Of a stretch of DNA of 64,000 bases, positions 12,391-24,120 are shown piece by piece (the stretch's first letter is position 1; every line of letters starts with the position of its first letter). The notes beneath the pieces are model-generated. The model was given only the letters and a program-made list of their open reading frames with translations, was not told the DNA's origin and did no database searches. The stretch is from Minutocellus sp. GHC0000111 (taxonomy: Eukaryota): positions 2,232,001 through 2,296,000 of the forward strand of contig OZ361258.1 in assembly GCA_977018835.1 (NCBI GenBank). The letters run 5' to 3'. A program made the translations under genes and the position numbers.

Positions 12391-12710
12391 AAGAATGAGT
12401 GGTTTCGATTCATATTCCTCTGTTGCCTCCGTTGCCTCGACTCAAGCAAAAGATATGAGGGGTCCGGTTGGTTGGATCTTGGCTGCTCGATCATTTATGC
12501 CCCCTTTGGCTTTCTGAATCATCAGCGATGACGCCACTCTGAAAGTGACTCAGCAGGCGCAAAAATGCCGTCAACACGCCAACACGTGCGTGGCGCCCAT
12601 CACCTCCGCAGGCCATGCCATGCCCACCTCCGCTCATAATTTCTGATTGCCGACAAATTGAAAACTACCTAGTAAAGTCATACTCGATCACCCACGAACT
12701 TGACATTAAA

Positions 12711-13410
12711 ATGAAGTCCACTGCCATTCTTGCCACCATTGCCCCCCTCGCGGCCGCCTTCGCTCCCGCCAACCGCCCGATGGTCCGCTCGTACCAGATG
12801 TCCGCCCTCGATGCCGCCAAGATCGAGTTCATCCGAGGCGTCGAAGAGAAGACCGTCCCCGACTTCAAGCTCACCCGTGCCCGCGACGGAAGCAGTGGCA
12901 CCGCCACCTTGAACTTCGCCAGTCCCAATGTGTTTGATGCCAGTATCCAAGGAGACATTACTGGAATGTTCCTCGTGTAAGTCATACAGATGTTCTTGGG
13001 GAGCAATGTTCTCTTCCATCTTGCCCTCCGCAATTAATGCTACTTTGAAAGATATCATATGACCTCGGTTCGCCCTGGAGAAAATAAGAGGTTTGTTTTT
13101 TGATATGCATAGAGAGGAGAGAAATAAATATGGGCCATTAAGGACATGCTCTCCTTCGGCTCGTTTAGAATACACACATACACATTATATGCGCATCGCT
13201 CATGATTTTTTCATTTTTCCTTCTACATACTCCAGTGACGACGAGGGAGAGATGACGACCAACGATGTGAACGCCCGATTCGTCAACGGAAAGCCGCAGT
13301 CCATTGAGTCAATGATCGTAATGGAAAGCCCGGCAGAGTGGGACCGATTCATGCGCTTCATGGAGAGATATGCGGAGGCCAACGATTTGGGCTTCACCAA
13401 GGCCGGATAA
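12711..13410 (+). CDS. psb28: Photosystem II Psb28 protein, nucleus-encoded, plastid-targeted (exons 12711-12976, 13236-13410)
   Basis: [59 protein letters not shown]; bipartite presequence ending AAA-F. Confidence 0.92.
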
Positions 13411-14010
13411 ACATTTGGACTTGGACGACGCATTTTTGGCAGTGACGGCAGTTCTAATTACTTTCGGCATGGTGGTGAACATTATAGAGAGCATTTGTGG
13501 CTACAATCTGCCGTTTGTTATCGCGCTGGAGCTGTGTACCGGTAATGCTGATTGGCGCATGGATGGCGGTGGATTGACGACGTCGACATTCCACTCAGTC
13601 TGCGACCTCGTCTCGAATAAAACTGAATTTTCCACTTATTGTAAGAGCTAAAGATCTACTTTTGATCTTTGCCGATTTAAAAATCGATACATGCATGGAT
13701 AGGTCAGGTATTCCGAAGCCAGTCCTTGTTCTTTTTTTGTTGGTGGTGGGTCTCGCTCCTCCGCACGATGGTTCCGGGTGTTTTATTATCGACTCGTTAG
13801 ACTCAAATTAACACGTCATTGCATGTCTGCATCATTCGACTGCGCCACCATGTTCTCCCACAGGCAGCGCGAAAGTCGCCAGCATCTTTTGATACCGCGG
13901 AGAGCAACAGCTTAGCCACAGACCGCTAATTCAAAGCTGATTCAGTACATTGAACCTCTTCCTCTACTACGTAGTACATTTCTTCTCTTACCAACAACTG
14001 CTAAAACAAA

Positions 14011-14935
14011 ATGAAGAAGACAGCAACGACCGCCGCTTGCGCCCTTGCCGCTGCCTCGGCCGCATCTCCCGTCTGTGGATTTGCCTTCGTCCCCAAGGCC
14101 CCTATCGGCCAGCCCAGCACCGCCGCAACTGCACCGCGACGAACGACCTCGCTCCAGATGGGTCTCTTTGATGGTGTGAAGGAGGCATTCTCGGCTCCGT
14201 AAGTTTTGGACATATGTCATATTGACTTCAATCCTGTTCGTTCGCATCCATCACTTTTCTTGCCACTTCTTTTCGTGTTGTAAGGATTTTTGATCCCATC
14301 ACTCACCAAACTCATTTTACCCATCACCTCCTTCTCCTTCTTCTCCAATTCAGTGCACTGGAAAAGAGCCAAATCGACGCAGAGCGTGAAACACCCATCG
14401 ATAGATGGATGGGATGGAGCGTCAAGACCGAGGAGGAGCAGCAGGCCGCTGCAGCTGGTAAGTTCCAGAGAGAAATACCGTGTTGTTTTCGATTACATGT
14501 GCGCTCATCTAGATCAAATGTGGCACGTAATCATATCTCACAATTATATCATAACTTTACCCACAAAATTTATCTTGTACAGATGCTGCCAACTTTGTGG
14601 ATTCGATGGACGAAAGTAACTACATTACCGTGGAACTGCCAAAGCCCATGGGCATTGTTTTCGAGGAAAATGACGAGAAATACGGCGGCATCTTTGTCCT
14701 CTCCCTTTCGGATGGTTCGGCCCAGAAGGAGGGCACCATCCGGCCCGGCGACGAGCTCGTTGCCGTCGGCGACAAGAAGGTTGCCGGCATGGCCTTCGAC
14801 GATGCTCTTGGTGCCATTATTGACAGCGATGCGGAGAAGACCAAGCTGGTGCTTTTCAGAGGAAGTGCCAAGGATTTTTACGGTCCCACCGGAGCCAGTC
14901 AGGAGTGGCTCGATGAGTTCATTGCCAAGGCATGA
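14011..14935 (+). CDS. Plastid-targeted PDZ-domain protein (exons 14011-14198, 14354-14457, 14583-14935)
   Basis: [11 protein letters not shown] and [14 protein letters not shown] motifs; two GT-AG introns splice in frame; signal peptide plus CG-F. Confidence 0.8.
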
Positions 14936-15431
14936 AAGCTGACGGAGTTAGGGAGAATAATCTAGCCTTTAGTGGTGACAACGCATGGCAGTGGCGAGCA
15001 CCTGGATTTTTCCATACCAACCGGCAAATGACCTCTGCCCGCCCTCCATTATTTTAATTTTTTCTTCGTCCGTCCGACAGAGACGAGCATGTTGTCCACT
15101 CGAAATATTGATTTAAGTAGACTACGTAGCTAGAGATTTATATGATACACTATTGAACACTACTGCTTGAGCCCACCGGTATTACGGTCGATGGCATGAT
15201 GCGCAGCAGCAGCAGCAGCGAAGCCACGTGTGTATCGAACTCAAATTTCAGGCCACTCCCATCTCATCTCCCTATTGAACGTCTGTCCGTATCCAGCCAG
15301 CCGCAGCCAATGAACCGCACACATACCTAGGTACTACGTAGGCCTAGAGTAACATGGGCGAATAAAGACTGTCCATAACCCGCCACCCCCGAAGGATTGC
15401 TGCTGCCGAAAAAGACAAAGATTCTAAGGCG

Positions 15432-17198
15432 ATGGATGAAGCTATGACGAGACCGCCACCGCTACCGGCTAATTGCCTCGTGGCAAAGAAGGGGAGCGAT
15501 GGTCCACAACCCGAGAGTGATTTGAGTTTGCCTCGACGCGTGCTACTCAAGATCAAGAAGAAACAAAAGTTGGGGAGCAACGAAACAGTGCCACTGGAAC
15601 CAACTGAGATGCAAAGGCATGCATGGCCGATTCTCTTGCTTGGCGATAAAAGTTGCTCTTCTTCTCAGATGCCTGATAGAAACAGAAATATGATTTGCGT
15701 GGCCCAGACTGGATCGGGTACGACTCGTAAGACTCTGACTTATGGCATTCCACTCGTCCAACATTGCGCCTTTGCATTGCAGAAGTCCAGCACCGTTGGT
15801 GGTGTTCTCGGCCTGGTGATGGTACCGACGCGTGAGCTGGCTCTGCAAGTCAGCGACCAGCTCCAAAAGGTTGTTCGATGTGCACGGAAAGATATGAAAG
15901 ACGATGCAGATCTCGACGTCGTTGCCATCTATGGCGGAGTTGATAAGAAGGATCAGATACGACGCATCCGCGGCGAGAATGTTGAAAGTGATGCCTATAG
16001 TGCTGATTGTCGGCGAGGGGTCATCCTCGCTGCAACAACGGGCCGTCTCGTTGATCTATTGGAAACAGAAACGATATTACTGAACAGTACTCGATTCTTG
16101 GTAATTGATGAAGCTGATCGGATGGCACAGAGCGCCGAGATTCGTTGCCAAGTCGATACCATTGTGGCAACCATGCCACATTTTCCTGCCATGACATCTG
16201 AATCGAGCGAATATACATCCTGTCTCTTTTCAGCTACCCTTCCTCGCGATGATGCAGTCAAGGCTAAGTTTACGGAGTGGGTCGGTTCACAAGCCACTGC
16301 AATTCACTTGGATAAGATTTCGATTGGAAAGAAAACTCAAGCAAAGCCATCATCGGCGCCTGATGTGAGTGGAAGTGATGACCAGTCCAATTCTGAAAAG
16401 AAACGAAAGAGGCAAGCAACCCCCTTAGACTTGGCATCGATTCCAACCAATATAACTCAGGTTGTGCATGTTTGTTCAACTCACAAAAAGCCAAAGAAGT
16501 TGATCAGCATGTTGGACAAGATTAGAAAAGAAGAAAGCAAAGGTAAGGGTCGAACGAAAAGGCTATGCCTAGTGTTTTTTGCAAAAATAAAAACGCTCAA
16601 ATATATTGCAACGCTGATTGAAAAGGAGGGACACAGATGCGCACTGCTTCACAGCGGCATATCACAGAGCCAGCGAGAAAAGGTAGTCATGGAATTCAAG
16701 GCTGGGAAGATACCAACCTTGCTTGCAACGGACGTAGCTGCGAGAGGATTGCACGCGAATAATGTTCGTGTGGTCATTAATTACGACTTTCCAGGATCGC
16801 TGGGTGAATACGTTCACAGAGCTGGTCGGGCCGGTAGGGATAAGGAGCCAGCAGAAGTTTTTGGGTATTTCACCCGAGAGATGAAACAAATGGCGCCGGA
16901 TTTTCTGGAATTGTTGAAAGCAACGGATTCTTGGATTGATCCGAACCTTTTGGCTCTCGTCCCGGATGCTGTGGCCGACGGTGACGGCGACAAAAAGAAG
17001 AAACGGCGTCGAAAGAATACCAAGAATAAGTCAAAGCCGAACGAGTCAGTGGCGGTGGCTGTGGGCGGGAAACGGCCAACTAATGCAAACGAGGAAAATG
17101 GAGATGATGAATTCGCACATCTATCGGCCAACCGTATAGTTCTAAAGCGAGCTGCACATGTGCCTGATGACAGTGACAGTAGCAGTGGGGAGGAATGA
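15432..17198 (+). CDS. DEAD-box RNA helicase with a 3-aa insertion in Walker A
   Basis: PTRELA, DEAD, SAT, TDVAARGL and YVHRAGRAGR motifs; motif I reads AQTGSG-TTR-KT. Confidence 0.88.
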   Translation: MDEAMTRPPPLPANCLVAKKGSDGPQPESDLSLPRRVLLKIKKKQKLGSNETVPLEPTEMQRHAWPILLLGDKSCSSSQMPDRNRNMICVAQTGSGTTRKTLTYGIPLVQHCAFALQKSSTVGGVLGLVMVPTRELALQVSDQLQKVVRCARKDMKDDADLDVVAIYGGVDKKDQIRRIRGENVESDAYSADCRRGVILAATTGRLVDLLETETILLNSTRFLVIDEADRMAQSAEIRCQVDTIVATMPHFPAMTSESSEYTSCLFSATLPRDDAVKAKFTEWVGSQATAIHLDKISIGKKTQAKPSSAPDVSGSDDQSNSEKKRKRQATPLDLASIPTNITQVVHVCSTHKKPKKLISMLDKIRKEESKGKGRTKRLCLVFFAKIKTLKYIATLIEKEGHRCALLHSGISQSQREKVVMEFKAGKIPTLLATDVAARGLHANNVRVVINYDFPGSLGEYVHRAGRAGRDKEPAEVFGYFTREMKQMAPDFLELLKATDSWIDPNLLALVPDAVADGDGDKKKKRRRKNTKNKSKPNESVAVAVGGKRPTNANEENGDDEFAHLSANRIVLKRAAHVPDDSDSSSGEE

Positions 17199-17227
17199 TA
17201 CGCATTAAGCTCTTTATTATTTTTGAA

Positions 17228-19012
17228 TTACGACTCGAATTCGAGGACATCTGGCAGTGCTCTTGTCATGACCTTTCCACCAAGTGCCAAAAACCCAGCG
17301 ATGATTGCCCATGCCGCCGACCATCCAAATTGAGAGATGATCCAACCAAGGCAGTACCATATCGGCGCGCCAATGAGAAATGCGAGACCGTCTAGAAATG
17401 ATGTACAGACAGCTTTGTTGTCTGCAAAGAGAGTCGCAAATTTGGCAGGGAGTTGGTAGAATTGAAATGATATTGCGCTTGACATGCAGAAAGATGCCCC
17501 GATAATTGCCAGAGTTGTGAGTGTTCTGCCAAGGAACGTCGATACCGCAGTATTTGCACACAGTGCAAGCCCGAAAGCAGCCGCAGCTGAGATGTTGTAA
17601 CCTCTTTGCACAAACTTCTCTTTTTCTGATTCTTGCGTTAAGCTGTAAAAGCGTTTGTTTGATTTGAGCCCAAAAATGAATCCAAGAGTCACGGACGCGG
17701 TGAATCCTCCACAAAGATGCGCTGTATAAATATATGAAAGAAGGAATAGGTATGAGAGATGTAAATTATCAACAAATTCTTCTTCCCTAAAATTGCCGTC
17801 TACATGTATGCATATGCGATGGAACTCACCTGGGACATCACATGCCGCTGCGAGGAAGCTCCCCAGAAAAGCATCGCTTCTGCGCGCAAGAAAGCCCATC
17901 CCGTGTGCAATTCCAACCGTCCAAAACATGGGCGACGAAAGGATATCTCTCAGGGAATTCACGATTCCCACCACTTGCTTCGGTTTGGCTGCTGGCTTTA
18001 GACCTGCTCGTTGCCGTATGGATGCTCTGAGACGATCTGACTCTGTCATAAGATCGTGCTCCATTATAAACGCATGGACGACGCATGCACCACAAAGAGC
18101 AATAGCTGCCGCAATTTTACAGACGTTTCGCCAGTGGAAGTGTTGAAGCATGAGAATCCCAGCTCCCTTTGTAAACAATGCACCGAGAGTACTGGCAAGC
18201 GATAGAACTGTCATGCCCTTTGTGAATCTCTCTGGAGAGTTCTGGTAGGCACTGGCAAGCATTAGTGTACAGGCAGTCCAAGAAACGGACGAGAAAAATT
18301 CAATCATGAAAATCGCTGCTCCATGGAAAGATTGGCGACATTGCGAAAGGAGCAGTGATGATGTTGCCAAACCAAGGAAATAGAGTCGACTAGTTAGCCT
18401 CCCGCCTAGTGCTTGGCACACGAAACCATTGACGGATTTCCCGACGGCCCCACCAAAAGTACCCAGGCCCACCATTTTCGCAAGAAACGATGCCGATGCC
18501 GCCATATCAGGTGCTGATGACAGTGCTAGTGCATGAGAGGTTGGGTCACTTGCTATAACTGGAACCAGCATCACAGCTGGTATACTGAGAGCAAACATTG
18601 AGCATAAATATGTGGCAAAGATGGCAAGCAAGAAGCGATCCACGGGCTTCTTGGATTGTTTTACTGCTGATGGAAGTAGTCGCTTCTGGTGCGTTGCTTG
18701 CTTTCTCGGAATTGTAGCCGCGGGTGATAGAGACAATCGATATGGCAAGGTCAGCTGGCCCTGAGAATGCAAAGGCTGTACGTAGGCAGGTTCCAATGTT
18801 GAGAAGGTAGCCTCCGCATGAAGCGTATTTCCAGCCGAGTCGTCCGGTAAAACCACCTGTGACGGACTCTCTTGCCTTCCGCCTCCTTTGAGGTGGAGAA
18901 CTGATTGTACTAGTAGCGAAAATGATTCAGCTTGATCGGCACGGGCGATGATGATGAGGGATGAGGCCACCAGAGCAATGGCGCGTCTATTCTTTCTCTG
19001 CGTTGCCCTCAT
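17228..19012 (-). CDS. Major facilitator superfamily transporter (intron 17722-17829)
   Basis: About 12 hydrophobic helices, GKSVNGFVCQALGGR loop motif, an in-frame 108-nt GT-AG intron and an N-terminal signal-like sequence. Confidence 0.75.
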   Translation of the reverse strand: MRATQRKNRRAIALVASSLIIIARADQAESFSLLVQSVLHLKGGGRQESPSQVVLPDDSAGNTLHAEATFSTLEPAYVQPLHSQGQLTLPYRLSLSPAATIPRKQATHQKRLLPSAVKQSKKPVDRFLLAIFATYLCSMFALSIPAVMLVPVIASDPTSHALALSSAPDMAASASFLAKMVGLGTFGGAVGKSVNGFVCQALGGRLTSRLYFLGLATSSLLLSQCRQSFHGAAIFMIEFFSSVSWTACTLMLASAYQNSPERFTKGMTVLSLASTLGALFTKGAGILMLQHFHWRNVCKIAAAIALCGACVVHAFIMEHDLMTESDRLRASIRQRAGLKPAAKPKQVVGIVNSLRDILSSPMFWTVGIAHGMGFLARRSDAFLGSFLAAACDVPGEFHRICIHVDGNFREEEFVDNLHLSYLFLLSYIYTAHLCGGFTASVTLGFIFGLKSNKRFYSLTQESEKEKFVQRGYNISAAAAFGLALCANTAVSTFLGRTLTTLAIIGASFCMSSAISFQFYQLPAKFATLFADNKAVCTSFLDGLAFLIGAPIWYCLGWIISQFGWSAAWAIIAGFLALGGKVMTRALPDVLEFES

Positions 19013-19284
19013 GTTGTTTATCGCTTATTATCTCTGCTCTTGCGCCACAGCCAATCAGAGAGGAGGGCTTTCCTCTCGGCCGACCATACACGTATTTGCC
19101 ACGAAATTCCGAATTCTATTTCAGACGAACTTCTTCTCGGCGTGTGGCGTGACGCGTGATTTTTGTTGCGGGGGTGGGGACACTTGGGATCCCCCTTTTA
19201 TTTCACGGAATGCGATGTAGCCTCCCATGTACTACCTTACACCAGCCAATATCTCACAAAGCTTACTTTAACAACAAGCCAGCC

Positions 19285-22056
19285 TCAATCCAAAACGCTT
19301 CCGACCATCTGGCCTCCAAGCTCCTGGAGATCGGCCTCGATCCTGTCATCGTCATCCACCACATGGGCAACTAAACGCGAGCCTCCAATGACCCCACCTG
19401 CACCACCAAATGTCGACTGTGGCAGCGGAGAAAGAGATGGTATTCCGACACTCGAGCTAGTTCCAACACTAAAGACACTCATGTCATCCCCGCTCAGGCA
19501 TCGGGCTCTCGCGGGGTCCGTCCCGAGCAGTGGAGTGCGGGAAAGAAAGCCATCAGTATGATCCGATTGCAAAGACGGGATTCCTAGAACAGTTCGGTCT
19601 GGTCCAAGCCCTGATAGCTCATCGCCACCGATGGGAGTGCTATCGTGGCCAATAGGAGGTAACACCATTGATTGATGAGAATTCAAATCCTTGGCTGGTG
19701 AGCGGGCAGTGTCGAGAAGAGGAGCCAGCCCTGGAGGCGGCCGCAGAACTGACTGGTTCGATCGTCCTGGAGAAGACAAGGCCAACTCACGATCACATTT
19801 AATTCTTCCTCTGGTATCGTTCTGTGTCTTATTGGCCCCTTCCAGCGGAACACGGAGAGAGTCCGGCTTTTCTACACGAGCAGCAGTAGCAGCAGCAGCT
19901 CCTCTGGCTCGAGACTGCCATGGGTCTCCCTCCACCTTGCCAACTTTTTGCAATCGACCATCTTTAGGTGAGGTCGTACATGAGCCTTGCTTTTGCTTGG
20001 ATTTGTAATGTGCATGTGGCCGGGAATTCGCCGAATGATCACCGCCGTATCTCGTAGGTCTTGCAACTGGACTTCTTGGTTGGTCGTAAGTGCGATTTCG
20101 AGTCTCCACCGAAAAATGCTTTGGAGTGTTGGTTCCACCTTTGGGCCCTTTGCTTTTCCGCACTGGTGTACACCCGCCTTTACTCCTCTGGAACTGAGGG
20201 GGTGCCAGATGGCTACCGGAAGATGAGGCGGATGCCTGCCTCGACGTTCGAGGAGACGCTGGAGCCGGTAATGACGACGAGATCGGCCTCGGCCTCACCT
20301 CCTCCTTTTTTCCGCCATATTTCTTCTTCGTTGAGGGATTGGGCAGTAGCTCGGACTGCGGTGCCACTTTGTGATTGCCTTGGGCATTATATTCTTTGAC
20401 GGGTTCAACGACATTTTGGTCAGAAGCCAAAGAATCGGCAGCCACTACTCCCCCCTCCAAAGCACTGCCGGTTTCAACGCAACCCGAGCTCTCCAGGTCC
20501 TGAGTACTAGGTGCTGCTGGCGGATCGGAATTACCACTTGTTGGGGGGGAGGGATCCGCGTCCGACACGTCAGACGACTCCAAGCGGCTGCGTCCAGGTA
20601 AATCTTGTATCTTTTGCTCCTCTAGAGATGATACGGATATTTGGCTGCTGGCGCTGCTTTTGAGCGAATGAGAGGACTGATGCCGAAGAGAATTTTCATG
20701 GCGAATGTTGTTGGGATATTGACGGTGCTGTTGATGCTGTTGATTTTGATTGCTAGTCCGAGATTGTTGGTGGCGTATCCGTCCCCGTCCGGAGCCTCGG
20801 CCTTTCCCCTTTTTGCCTTTCTTGTTCCGTCCCTTGCCAGATTTACCAGCGGAACAGTTATTGCTACCCAGAGCGTCGGTACTTTCGGGCACCTTTTCTG
20901 CCGGGAATAAAGCCCTTCGAATTTCTCTTGCCGCAACAAAGAGGGATAGTAATGCTCCCGTAACGACGAGACTTGGGACGTCGCCATCTCCAATCATGAA
21001 GAGGAGCGTAAGGAGGCCATCCCCAGCAGAGCAAATGCCATCCCGAAGCGTCGCTAGGATGTACCACAGGCATCCGTCGGGATGGACCGCCAGCATAATG
21101 AGCGTCAGAGCCGCCAAGCCCTTCAGAGCGGGAAGGTGTCCCGTTGCCGAGGAGGTGGAACGATGGCTACCCCCAAGGCTGCTACCGCTCGCGGTCCTCT
21201 CCCTGTTGTATCCGCTGCTCCCCAAGAATAGCGACGGCGGTGCATACTCGTCGTCCGTCGAGCTATATCGATATTGGTCGTCGTCGGACCGTCCCCAAAC
21301 ATATGCTGCTATTCGTCTCAGTATCCCTTCCGTGGCTTGCCATGCCGAGGTCCGACCGATGCACCGAAGGCCTCGATCGACGTAAAATTTGACGGTCGGA
21401 CCATAAACGACCAGCACAATCGCCAATAGCAGACGGAGAAGATTCGCAACAATGAAATTCTGCAGTATCGACGAGGGTGAATACGACGACTGATTTTTGG
21501 ACGCATAGTCTTCGTTCGAGGCTGGGTCCGCCGCAGACCCCGCCGAGGAGGCAGCAGCCGCCGCGTCGAAATTACAAGACTGCGAATAGTGCTGATACAG
21601 AACAAGCACCGGGAAGCAGAGGGAGAGGAGGAGAGGGATCAAGGGATAATACGACGTCAGAAAGGGACCCTTGACATCGCCATTGCCGCCTTCTTCGTCG
21701 TAGTCATCACCATCCAAGTCGGTCGAGTTACCAAGACGAGCGGAGTTATTATTAGCGGGGACGGAAACCAGCCGAATATTATGCCCGGGCAAATTGAGCG
21801 AGAATGCCTGGTCGACAAAGGAGCTGACCGCGATGGCACCATTTCGCTTTGCTTTCCTCGAAGTGGGATTCGACGCCATGGCATGGCCATCGTTCTCCAT
21901 CGCCGATGTGGAATAATTAGGCCCGCACATGGACGAGGATGCAGGATGTGCAGCTTTGTCGGTGTTATTGTTATGAGCGTACATTTTTTCGTCTCTTTCG
22001 GGGATACTCCCACCGGCCGCATTGGCCTCCAATGCATCCTCCTCCGCTCCCTGCAT
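19285..22056 (-). CDS. Hypothetical membrane protein with long low-complexity C-terminal region
   Basis: Long uninterrupted ORF with 4-5 hydrophobic segments and a Ser/Pro/Lys-rich tail ending IEADLQELGGQMVGSVLD. Confidence 0.6.
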   Translation of the reverse strand: MQGAEEDALEANAAGGSIPERDEKMYAHNNNTDKAAHPASSSMCGPNYSTSAMENDGHAMASNPTSRKAKRNGAIAVSSFVDQAFSLNLPGHNIRLVSVPANNNSARLGNSTDLDGDDYDEEGGNGDVKGPFLTSYYPLIPLLLSLCFPVLVLYQHYSQSCNFDAAAAASSAGSAADPASNEDYASKNQSSYSPSSILQNFIVANLLRLLLAIVLVVYGPTVKFYVDRGLRCIGRTSAWQATEGILRRIAAYVWGRSDDDQYRYSSTDDEYAPPSLFLGSSGYNRERTASGSSLGGSHRSTSSATGHLPALKGLAALTLIMLAVHPDGCLWYILATLRDGICSAGDGLLTLLFMIGDGDVPSLVVTGALLSLFVAAREIRRALFPAEKVPESTDALGSNNCSAGKSGKGRNKKGKKGKGRGSGRGRIRHQQSRTSNQNQQHQQHRQYPNNIRHENSLRHQSSHSLKSSASSQISVSSLEEQKIQDLPGRSRLESSDVSDADPSPPTSGNSDPPAAPSTQDLESSGCVETGSALEGGVVAADSLASDQNVVEPVKEYNAQGNHKVAPQSELLPNPSTKKKYGGKKEEVRPRPISSSLPAPASPRTSRQASASSSGSHLAPPQFQRSKGGCTPVRKSKGPKGGTNTPKHFSVETRNRTYDQPRSPVARPTRYGGDHSANSRPHAHYKSKQKQGSCTTSPKDGRLQKVGKVEGDPWQSRARGAAAATAARVEKPDSLRVPLEGANKTQNDTRGRIKCDRELALSSPGRSNQSVLRPPPGLAPLLDTARSPAKDLNSHQSMVLPPIGHDSTPIGGDELSGLGPDRTVLGIPSLQSDHTDGFLSRTPLLGTDPARARCLSGDDMSVFSVGTSSSVGIPSLSPLPQSTFGGAGGVIGGSRLVAHVVDDDDRIEADLQELGGQMVGSVLD

Positions 22057-22567
22057 GGTGGGTGCCCTATGCGTGTTGGTTCTCTTGCATGGAACAAGCA
22101 CTTTTGCCGTGTCGTTGCGGTAGGAATAATGCCGCTGCTCAGCCTGCTTTGACCGACCGATGATGATACTCCTCTAATTTGAGAGTTGAGGCTACATACA
22201 TGGGAAAATTCGTTGAGGAGTGTCAAAAGGACAAACCTCGCGACATGGTGTCGAAGATATGCCTCGCCGAATCATCCGTTGGAAGCGATCAGCCCCACTC
22301 AGATGCACCAAAGCCGGGCGAGTCATTCATAGGATTCGTTTGATCAGATGCGCGGCGTTGGGGCCAATTAGTGTGCACCTAAGCATCTGTCCGACATGTG
22401 ACAAGTGCAACTCTGCTCGCACTCACCAGGCCCCAACTGCCAAATAAATGAGTTCCTCTTTGTGCATCACTTTCACTTTGCGACGAATTGAAGGTAAACT
22501 GCACGCTCTCTTCATTTCTTCCCTCCCTACTTTCACTTTATCAGCTTTATCTTGTTAAATACCAACC

Positions 22568-23596
22568 ATGGTGGGAATGCTCCTAGACGACGTTGACACC
22601 GCCGTATCCATGTCCGATGCCGATGGAGATTGCAGCAGCAGCAACCCCACGTGGGATTCAATCAGGGACCAAATCAATGGCATGGTGCACCAAGAAATGG
22701 ACTACTACCCACCCTCATTAAGTTGCCAAAGTAAGCTCTTTGACGAAAGATGCAGCCGCTGCTCTTCCCCGCCCTCCTCATCGTCCATCGGATGGTCCGA
22801 CGCCAAGATGGTCAGAACAAAAATGACCGAGTGGGCTCATGCTGTCATTGACTCTTTCGAATACAACAGAGACGTCGTGGCCGTATGCCTCAACTTCGTC
22901 GACAGGTACACAACGGCAATACTGGAGGAAGGTGTTTCGACCATTACGCGCAAGAGCTACCAGGGAATATTTGTTGTGGCGTTGTATGTTGCACTCAAAC
23001 TCCAGGGCTCGTCGAGGGAGGATGATGTCGCAACGATATGCGCCAGTGGTGGTCGTCGACCACCCTCGCCGACTGCCGTCGTCAACATATCTGTCTTTGC
23101 CAATCTAAGCCGAGGAATGCTGACGGTGAAGAAACTGGAGGCCGAGGAACGCCACATGATTTCCAAGTTGCGGTACCGGCTCAATCCACCGGTATTTGGC
23201 ACATACATTGAATATTTCATTTTGTTTTTGATTAAACCCAACGCTCTGGAGATCAATCCATTCCTCCAGATGGATTCCATCACGACGGATGCCATGCATT
23301 TCACGTTTGAGGTGGCACGATACCTCACGGAGCTGGCCACCTTCAACGTCAATCTGACTACCAAGTGCCGTCCCTCGTGCGTGGCTGCTGCGTCCATACT
23401 CTACGCATTGGATTACCTTCGACAAAAGATGGGAAATTCCAATATCCCACGGAACGTATCTGCCGCCTTTGAGAGCAATATCCTTCGCATCCTATCCGCC
23501 AACACGACCAATAATGACCCGGCTGCTGACATACGTTTTGCCAGAGCCGAACTCCAGGATATTTGCCCCTCACAAACTTTAGATGCCTGGCCTTGA
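22568..23596 (+). CDS. Cyclin (diatom-specific-cyclin-like); stop may be premature
   Basis: Cyclin box RTKMTEW..VIDSF...VAVCLNFVDRY, ALYVALKL, LRYRLNPP, ARYLTELA. The same frame continues after TGA to 23878. Confidence 0.85.
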   Translation: MVGMLLDDVDTAVSMSDADGDCSSSNPTWDSIRDQINGMVHQEMDYYPPSLSCQSKLFDERCSRCSSPPSSSSIGWSDAKMVRTKMTEWAHAVIDSFEYNRDVVAVCLNFVDRYTTAILEEGVSTITRKSYQGIFVVALYVALKLQGSSREDDVATICASGGRRPPSPTAVVNISVFANLSRGMLTVKKLEAEERHMISKLRYRLNPPVFGTYIEYFILFLIKPNALEINPFLQMDSITTDAMHFTFEVARYLTELATFNVNLTTKCRPSCVAAASILYALDYLRQKMGNSNIPRNVSAAFESNILRILSANTTNNDPAADIRFARAELQDICPSQTLDAWP

Positions 23597-24120
23597 GGTT
23601 GGCCATCATCACTCTGCAGCAGCAATGATGAAGAGCCACCAAAGGATCAGATATTGTCAAATGCTGCCTCCCAGGCGCCCGACTCTCCCCTTGGCGTTGC
23701 TGATGCAGAGCTATTTAACCAGTCAGTCAAGAGATATTATTTTTTGCTTGCTACCGTGGCATCGATAGCCGGTTGTACAAAATATGAAAATTCATTCATA
23801 GATAGATGTAACATGAATACAAAAAAAACTTTTGTAGACACCAACACGGCGTACACAAAGGGAATTCCTACTACGTAGCTACGTAGAGTCCCTGCCGCTG
23901 TTTCTTCCCTGCCGCGCTGTTTCAGGAATAAAGGTATACCTAAAATATACATATCTAAATTTATTCTCCCTCCTATTATTGCAAGAGGCATAGGGAACTT
24001 TCGAGAAGACATACAGCACTATTTCAAGAACCTTATTTCGTAGTCCGTCTGTCAGTCACCACGCTCGCCTTCGCTCATCAGCCGCAGGGAGAGACCCCAT
24101 ACCATACGAATCGAATCACC

